From positions 168 to 64,167 of the forward strand of contig CAYRSR010000003.1 in the NCBI GenBank assembly GCA_964427275.1: a stretch of 64,000 nucleotides of DNA, read 5' to 3'. Source of the DNA: an uncultured Candidatus Saccharibacteria bacterium. Its GTDB lineage: Bacteria > Patescibacteriota > Minisyncoccia > UBA6257 > CAYRSR01. The notes under the pieces are model-generated. The model was given only the letters and a program-made list of their open reading frames with translations. It was not told the origin of the DNA and did no database searches. The first letter of the stretch is position 1. Each line of letters opens with the position of its first letter. Below, piece after piece: positions 58,337 to 64,000 of the stretch. The translations under genes were made by a program, and so were the position numbers.

Positions 58337-59371
58337 ATGGGTTATTTACTGCTTAAGTGCTTGTTATTTAGCTTAACAATTGTTTTGGGAATTTTAAGTA
58401 GTTTAACTGATATTAAAAGACATCAGATTAAAAATTCCTTAATACTTTCTGGAATAGCAGCAGGGTTGGTAATTTATCTTATTTTTGTTACTTTTGGTAA
58501 TTTAAGGTTAAGATATGACTTTTTCTTAAATTTGATAATTGCATTTACCATTAGTTTTGGGTTATATCTTTTAAGAATTTGGCCTCCTGGAGATGCTAAA
58601 TTGTTTTTGCTTTTTTCATTTTTGATGCCTTTTTCTAACTCTTTTAAAATTTACCCCTCGCTTTTTTTGTTTTTTAACATTTTTATAGCTGGCGGGCTGG
58701 TGATTTTATTAAGCTTATTATTAAATTTTATTTTTTCTCCAAGACAAGCAATTAAAGCTATGATAACTAAAAAAAGTTTAAGATTTTTTTCAGAAACTTT
58801 TATAATAGTTTTTTCAATTAGCTGGTTATTCTGGTATTTACTAGAAAAACTAAATTTAAATTTTAATTTTTGGTTAATGTTCGTTCTTTACTTAATTTAT
58901 CTTTCGATTTATAAAGCAATTTACAGGCTAAAAAAGATACCTCTGGCTTTAGGAATTATTTTGATTACTGGAATAAGCTTAAGGTTTTTGCTTCAAAGGC
59001 AAATATTTATTCAACCAGGTTATTTATTTTCCAGCTTAAAGTATAGTATTTTTTTTATTTTGGTTTATACCATATTTCAGGGGTCTAAAGATATATTTAT
59101 GACCGGAAGAGTTCCGGTTCAAAAGCTTTCTGCCTATATGAAAGTAGCCGCTGACTTATATGATAAGCAGGGAAATTTATTGTTAAAAAAAGACACTTTA
59201 CTTACTCAAGAAAATATAAAGGAATTAAAAAGGATTGTTTGGGATAAAAAGGTTGACTTTCAAACTATTCCAGTTAGAAGAATAATCCCGTTTGCGCCTT
59301 TAATGCTTCTAGGAGCAGTTTTAAGTTACACTAATTTTCTAGTTTATTTTTCAAATTTAATTCATAGATAA
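58337..59371 (+). CDS. A24-family prepilin-peptidase-like polytopic membrane protein with an extra C-terminal domain
   Basis: TDIKRHQIKNSLIL (D[IL]xxxxI[PK]N-like first Asp motif) and PPGDAKLFLL (GxGDxKL-like second Asp motif). Confidence 0.45.
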   Translation: MGYLLLKCLLFSLTIVLGILSSLTDIKRHQIKNSLILSGIAAGLVIYLIFVTFGNLRLRYDFFLNLIIAFTISFGLYLLRIWPPGDAKLFLLFSFLMPFSNSFKIYPSLFLFFNIFIAGGLVILLSLLLNFIFSPRQAIKAMITKKSLRFFSETFIIVFSISWLFWYLLEKLNLNFNFWLMFVLYLIYLSIYKAIYRLKKIPLALGIILITGISLRFLLQRQIFIQPGYLFSSLKYSIFFILVYTIFQGSKDIFMTGRVPVQKLSAYMKVAADLYDKQGNLLLKKDTLLTQENIKELKRIVWDKKVDFQTIPVRRIIPFAPLMLLGAVLSYTNFLVYFSNLIHR

Positions 59372-60348
59372 TGGGAAGCTATCCAGAAAATATAACTATT
59401 GAAGTAACTACTGTCTGTAATCAAAGATGTGAGTTTTGTTTTTATGCTCAAAAAAAACTAAAAAATTTATTCCTTCCAAAATCTAGAATAATTGATGCTT
59501 TAAATGAAGCTAAAAAATTAAAAGTAGAAAGTATTAGATTTACTGGAGGTGAACCGCTTTTAAGAAAGGATATAGTAGATATTTTAAGTCAAACTAAGGA
59601 TTTAGGATTCTATGTATTTTTAAATACCAATGCTACACTAATTAATGATGATTTGATAAGGAAAATAGAAAACAATGTAGATAATGTTTTGATTTCTCTG
59701 CCAGCAGCAAGCAAGTTGATAGCTAAAAAAATTGGTAATTCAAATATTTCTTTAAAATTAAAAAATATTAGGAAACTGGTTAGGTCACGAATTCCTCATA
59801 TCAGAGTAGGGACGATTATTTCTAGATATTTGCTTAAAAATTTCAATCAGTATTTTAATTTAATTAATTACTTAGGAATAAAACGGTGGGAATTTTATAG
59901 GCCGATGATAGAAAAAAAGATACTTAAAAAACTACCAGAATATAATATTTCCAGGCAAGATATTTTGAAAGTAATGAATTTTTGCCTGTGGCTTAGAAAG
60001 AAGGGGATAGCAGCCTACATTCCCAACGCAGTTCCTTTTTGTATAACCGATGATAAAAAATTGGCTATTTACAGTTTAAAAGGAGGACAGTTTGATGATG
60101 GCAGAGAAAGATTAGTGTTGGATGTTAGAGGATACTTTAAACCGAGCTATTATATCGATATAAACCTGGGAGAAACTATAACCTCAGCTATAAATCATCC
60201 ATTTATCAAAAAAGTTCATAGTGAATCCTGGCTTTCCGAAGTTTGTCAGAAATGTCCATTTGTAAACAAATGTGGAGGGGGAAGTAGATTCTGGGCTTAT
60301 CAAAAGTATGGAGATTATTTTGCTAAAGACCCACTGATGAAACAATGA
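59371..60348 (+). CDS. radical SAM / SPASM-domain protein
   Basis: N-terminal CNQRCEFC (CX3CX2C) and C-terminal CQKCPFVNKCGGG. The start overlaps the upstream stop. Confidence 0.75.
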   Translation: MGSYPENITIEVTTVCNQRCEFCFYAQKKLKNLFLPKSRIIDALNEAKKLKVESIRFTGGEPLLRKDIVDILSQTKDLGFYVFLNTNATLINDDLIRKIENNVDNVLISLPAASKLIAKKIGNSNISLKLKNIRKLVRSRIPHIRVGTIISRYLLKNFNQYFNLINYLGIKRWEFYRPMIEKKILKKLPEYNISRQDILKVMNFCLWLRKKGIAAYIPNAVPFCITDDKKLAIYSLKGGQFDDGRERLVLDVRGYFKPSYYIDINLGETITSAINHPFIKKVHSESWLSEVCQKCPFVNKCGGGSRFWAYQKYGDYFAKDPLMKQ

Positions 60349-61046
60349 AGTTTGTATTTTTAAGAGATGATGATGTTTTTGAGCTGGATTGGAAACTTCG
60401 AAAATTTTGCCAGCTAATTTTAGCTCTGAAAATGCCAGTAATTTTTGGAGTAATTCCCAAAAAGATTACTCCGGCTACAGTTAATTTTTTAAATCAGTTA
60501 AAAGAAGAATATCCCGATTTAATTGATATTGTTCAGCATGGCTATCAACATAAAAATTATAGTCAAAATTCAAATTACAAATACGAGTTTGGTCCGAAAA
60601 GAACTTATCTTCAACAAAAAAACGATATTCTGGCTGGCAAAAAATTGATGGAAAAATATTTTGGTAAAAATTTTACTCCTGCTTTTATTCCTCCATTTCA
60701 TGGATATAATTTAGATACTTTGAAAGTTATAAACGAACTTGGCTATAAAATCTTTTCAGCCGGAAAGAAAACTAACTTTCCAAGCAAATTTTTTTTAGAT
60801 TTACCAGCTAAAATAAGTTTAAATATTTATTTAAAAAATCAGACCAGAACTTTAAATTTAAAAGAAATGATTATAAAGTTTACTAATGCTTGTTTTAACT
60901 CTAAAGTTTTGGGAATAGTTTTACATCATCAAGATTTGGATGACTTTAAATCAATTGGTAAATTTTTTAGATTTATTCAAATGAAAAGTAAGAAAAGCGA
61001 AATAAAGTTAATTAATTTTTCAGCTATACTAAAATTAAGAAAATGA
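60345..61046 (+). CDS. putative polysaccharide-deacetylase-like protein (DUF2334-like)
   Basis: LRDDDV...HGYQH motifs. The call is weak. Confidence 0.35.
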   Translation: MKFVFLRDDDVFELDWKLRKFCQLILALKMPVIFGVIPKKITPATVNFLNQLKEEYPDLIDIVQHGYQHKNYSQNSNYKYEFGPKRTYLQQKNDILAGKKLMEKYFGKNFTPAFIPPFHGYNLDTLKVINELGYKIFSAGKKTNFPSKFFLDLPAKISLNIYLKNQTRTLNLKEMIIKFTNACFNSKVLGIVLHHQDLDDFKSIGKFFRFIQMKSKKSEIKLINFSAILKLRK

Positions 61047-62026
61047 AAACACTACCTATTCAAGATATCACTTTAGAAATTACTAATCGATGCAATTTGA
61101 AATGCAGGATGTGCAGTATTTGGCAAGAGAAAGAAAAAAAGTATCTTGATATAAACCAAATTAGAGATTTGGTTCTTTCTCCAGTTTTTAATAAACCAAT
61201 TGGCTCAATATCTTTAACCGGAGGAGAGCCGTTTATGCATCCGGATATTGGTAAAATTTATAAGTTTTTGGTTTTATGTAAGGCCAAAAAATTAATCAGA
61301 AACATTGGAATTTATTCTAATGGCTATGATACCAGTACTATTTTAGATTTTTTAAAAGAAAATAAAAAATATCTGAGTAATTTAAGTCTTGGAATTAGTC
61401 TTGATGGAAAAGAAAAAATTCATAATTTTTTAAGAGGCAGAAATGATGCATTTCAAAAGACTCTGGATACTATTATGAAAGTATCCAGCTTATATTCGCA
61501 GGTAAATTTAGAAATAAAATTTACCATCAGTCCATATAACTTTGACCAGATTCTGGATATTTATAAGCTTTGCAGGAAAAATAATTTGTTTTTCAGTCCT
61601 AAATTTGCCGAAAGCAAGACTAAGCATTACTATCATAAGGCTGGTTCTAGTAAGCTTAAAACAAGTCTTAATTTAAATCAAAAAAGACAAGTAAAAAACG
61701 ACTTATTAAAAATATTTAAAGCTGAAGGTAAACAAGAAAAGCCAGTGGTTAATCTAAAAGTTATTGCTGTATTAATTAAATTTTTGAACTATGGCCTTGA
61801 TTTTATCAAGACCTGCCATACCCCATCTTTTTCCTTGTTTGTTAGCTCTAGCGCGAAAATTTTTCCTTGTGTGTATATGCCGGCATTAGTCAGTTTGAAA
61901 CAGAAAAATTGGTTTAAAAAATTTGAATCAAAAAAGTATTTAGAAATAGTAAATAGAGCTCTTTCTGGTGCCTGTCCTAAATGTCTGGCTTATCACGGAT
62001 TTTTAAAAGATTTTAATTTGGATTAG
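61043..62026 (+). CDS. radical SAM protein with a C-terminal Cys cluster
   Basis: CNLKCRMC near the N-terminus and a C-terminal CPKC. It is a paralog of 62029. Confidence 0.7.
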   Translation: MKTLPIQDITLEITNRCNLKCRMCSIWQEKEKKYLDINQIRDLVLSPVFNKPIGSISLTGGEPFMHPDIGKIYKFLVLCKAKKLIRNIGIYSNGYDTSTILDFLKENKKYLSNLSLGISLDGKEKIHNFLRGRNDAFQKTLDTIMKVSSLYSQVNLEIKFTISPYNFDQILDIYKLCRKNNLFFSPKFAESKTKHYYHKAGSSKLKTSLNLNQKRQVKNDLLKIFKAEGKQEKPVVNLKVIAVLIKFLNYGLDFIKTCHTPSFSLFVSSSAKIFPCVYMPALVSLKQKNWFKKFESKKYLEIVNRALSGACPKCLAYHGFLKDFNLD

Positions 62027-62028
62027 TT

Positions 62029-63060
62029 ATGAAAGAAATAGATTTAATGATAAGAATTACTAATCGTTGTAATTTGGAATGTAAAATGTGCCGATTCAGG
62101 GAATCTTCTAAAATTCCTAGAATTGACCTGAGTTTTAGTCAGATAAAAAGACTGGTTTCAGGTGTTACTAGTCGATTTTTTATTAGAAATTTAACTTTGA
62201 CTGGTGGAGAACCATTTTTAAATCCAGAAATTGAAAAGATTTATAAATATTTAGCAGCTCAGTGTAAAAACAATAAAATTAGAAGGTTAAAATTGTCAAC
62301 TAATGGGTATTTAACCAAGAAGGTAATTCAGTTTTTGACTCAAAATAAATCCAGTATATCTAACTTATTTTTACATTTTAGTCTGGATGGTCCTTTAAAG
62401 GTTCACAATTTAATTAGGGGAAAAGATGATGCTTATCAGAAAACTGATTTAACAATAAATAAGATTAGGTTGCTTTTTCCAGAACTTAATCTAGGAGTAG
62501 GTTTTACTATCACTCCAGCTAACTATCAACATATTGAATATGTATATGAATATTGCTTAAAAAGAAATATTCAATTCTTTCCAGATATTATGGTAATAAC
62601 TGACTTTGGTGTTGACTTGAGCAGAACTTTAACTAAAAGAAATAAGGATTTGAAGTCTGTTTTTTCAAAAGTTAAGGTGAAATTACCTGAGATTGAACAA
62701 ATTTACACCAGAAATCAGCGAAGTCAAATAATAAAATGCTTATCTGCCATCTTAAAACAGGAAGTTAAAGAAAAGAACCGAATAGTTCAATTAAGTGAAC
62801 TGGTTAGAGTGATTAAGTTAATCAGTCATGGAAAATCAATAATAAAATCATGTAAACTTCCAATGTATTTTCTTTTGGTTAGAGAAAGTGGAGATATTTT
62901 TCCTTGTCCGTATATGTGGAATTTACCAATTGCTAATTTAAATCAGGAAAATTTTGAAAAGCAAATTTTTGGAAAATTACACCTGAATATAATAAAAAGA
63001 GGACTAAAACTTAATTGTCCCAAATGTTTTGGAAATTGTGGTTACTTAGAATTAGAATAA
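62029..63060 (+). CDS. radical SAM protein with a C-terminal Cys cluster (paralog)
   Basis: CNLECKMC near the N-terminus and CPKCFGNCGY at the C-terminus. Confidence 0.7.
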   Translation: MKEIDLMIRITNRCNLECKMCRFRESSKIPRIDLSFSQIKRLVSGVTSRFFIRNLTLTGGEPFLNPEIEKIYKYLAAQCKNNKIRRLKLSTNGYLTKKVIQFLTQNKSSISNLFLHFSLDGPLKVHNLIRGKDDAYQKTDLTINKIRLLFPELNLGVGFTITPANYQHIEYVYEYCLKRNIQFFPDIMVITDFGVDLSRTLTKRNKDLKSVFSKVKVKLPEIEQIYTRNQRSQIIKCLSAILKQEVKEKNRIVQLSELVRVIKLISHGKSIIKSCKLPMYFLLVRESGDIFPCPYMWNLPIANLNQENFEKQIFGKLHLNIIKRGLKLNCPKCFGNCGYLELE

Positions 63061-64000
63061 AACTGATTAATCTTTTGAATTACATATTTGATTTCAGCTG
63101 GCTTAATTAAAGGAAAGATTGGCAGAGCCAGGCCATGTTTATGGTAGTATTTTGCTCCTGGAAAGCATTGTTTTTTGATAAATGGTTTGAAGATTTTAAA
63201 TGTATAAACTGGCTCGAATTGAAATTCTGCTCCTTCAATTCCATTTCTTTCTAAAAATCTAGCCAGTTTGTCTCTTTTTTTTGCGTAGATTAGATAATTC
63301 TGCCAGATGGTCTTTTCATAAGGCTTATCTTTTATTAACTTCACTTGTTTGATTTTACTGAGGTATTTTCCATAGATTCTTGCTGAAAGTAGTTTATTTT
63401 GCTCAATCTTTTTGGCTAGCTTAGTTTTTATTTCAATAAATGGCAGTGAATTGTATGAAAAATAAGGAGTAGGTCTTTTGGTGGAAATAATCAGCTGACT
63501 GTCCAGCTTATAAAGAGTTCTTTTGTGAATTTCAGTTTTTATTTTTTTGGAGTTGAAATTTATCGCTCCTCCTTCGCCAAAAGTTGAGATAGTTTTTCTA
63601 AAATTAAAACTGAAACAGCCAATATCACCAAATGAACCAAGTTTTTTATTTTGATATTCACTCCCATGAGCCTGGCAGGCATCTTCAAGTATTTTTAAAT
63701 TATGTTGCTTAGCTAATTCTAAAATCGGATAGGGATTAAGACTTTTTCCGTACATATAGGATATTATTATCACTTTGGTTTTTTTACTAATTTTTCTTTT
63801 CAGGTCTTTTAAATTTGGACTTAAATCTGGATTTATATCTATAAACACTGGCTTGGCTGAAAGACCCAGTATTGATAAAACCGTGGCTGGATGAGCGGTA
63901 ACTGGTAAAATTACCTCATCATTTTTTTTAACTCCTAAAACTGACAATCCAATCCAGATACAGCTGGTTCCAGAATCAGTAAACACCGAATATTTAGTTT
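63042..64000 (-). CDS. DegT/DnrJ/EryC1/StrS-family PLP-dependent sugar aminotransferase (N-terminus beyond the window)
   Basis: DACQAHGSEY...GSFGDIGCFSFNFRKTIS covers the lysine-region block. The ORF continues past 63986. Confidence 0.75.
   Translation of the reverse strand, partial: TKYSVFTDSGTSCIWIGLSVLGVKKNDEVILPVTAHPATVLSILGLSAKPVFIDINPDLSPNLKDLKRKISKKTKVIIISYMYGKSLNPYPILELAKQHNLKILEDACQAHGSEYQNKKLGSFGDIGCFSFNFRKTISTFGEGGAINFNSKKIKTEIHKRTLYKLDSQLIISTKRPTPYFSYNSLPFIEIKTKLAKKIEQNKLLSARIYGKYLSKIKQVKLIKDKPYEKTIWQNYLIYAKKRDKLARFLERNGIEGAEFQFEPVYTFKIFKPFIKKQCFPGAKYYHKHGLALPIFPLIKPAEIKYVIQKINQFYSNSK

Overview
This is a low-GC (about 30-35%) bacterial segment that uses the standard genetic code. 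Long ORFs are intact with no TGA recoding. Gene content and architecture point to a small-genome, Patescibacteria/CPR-like organism. Proteins are compact: a short RpoD, a 231-aa RpoA without the alpha-CTD, and a 559-aa AlaRS. Shine-Dalgarno sequences are almost absent, and many -10 boxes sit 6-7 nt from the start codon, which suggests leaderless mRNAs.

Housekeeping core:
- pheST, a tRNA cluster (Asp plus two CAT tRNAs), cca and tRNA-Pro.
- The infA-rpmJ-rpsM-rpsK-rpsD-rpoA-rplQ block followed by rplM-rpsI.
- alaS, rpoD-dnaG, tRNA-Ser and groES-groEL.
- gap, a PfkB-family kinase and glmS.
- recG, gyrA, dprA, topA and rpiB-rpe-tkt.

Accessory and unusual content:
1. A tail-fibre/S74-chaperone-like gene at the window start, degraded by a frameshift and an in-frame TAG.
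2. An 1118-aa extremely acidic secreted protein with a peptidoglycan-binding domain.
3. A pair of about 135-bp, about 97% identical inverted repeats flanking recG. Each carries a promoter-like sequence, a UUCG-capped hairpin and a GAAA-capped intrinsic terminator, so each looks like a small RNA or attenuator. One copy leads into a 50-aa type IV pilin-like ORF.
4. Three tandem paralogous VirB2/TrbC-like small two-helix proteins.
5. An ArsR-type regulator with palindromic operator repeats, followed by two tandem COG1237-type MBL-fold paralogs.
6. A LOG-family::alpha/beta-hydrolase fusion next to a PflA-like radical SAM protein.
7. A Zn/Mn-type ABC ATPase plus permease with no cognate binding protein.
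8. A family-B DNA polymerase next to a DUF123-like GIY-YIG protein, then a Xer recombinase, an M50 protease and tRNA-Ala/Ile.
9. A candidate RiPP-like or modification cluster: a leaderless 34-aa hydrophobic peptide, an A24 prepilin-peptidase-like membrane protein, three radical SAM enzymes (one clearly SPASM-type) and a deacetylase-like protein, convergent with a DegT aminotransferase.

I also saw dispersed short motifs (AAAGGTCGA, (CAATTTT)n and a CAACGTTG palindrome cluster). Nothing here is a CRISPR array or a transposase.
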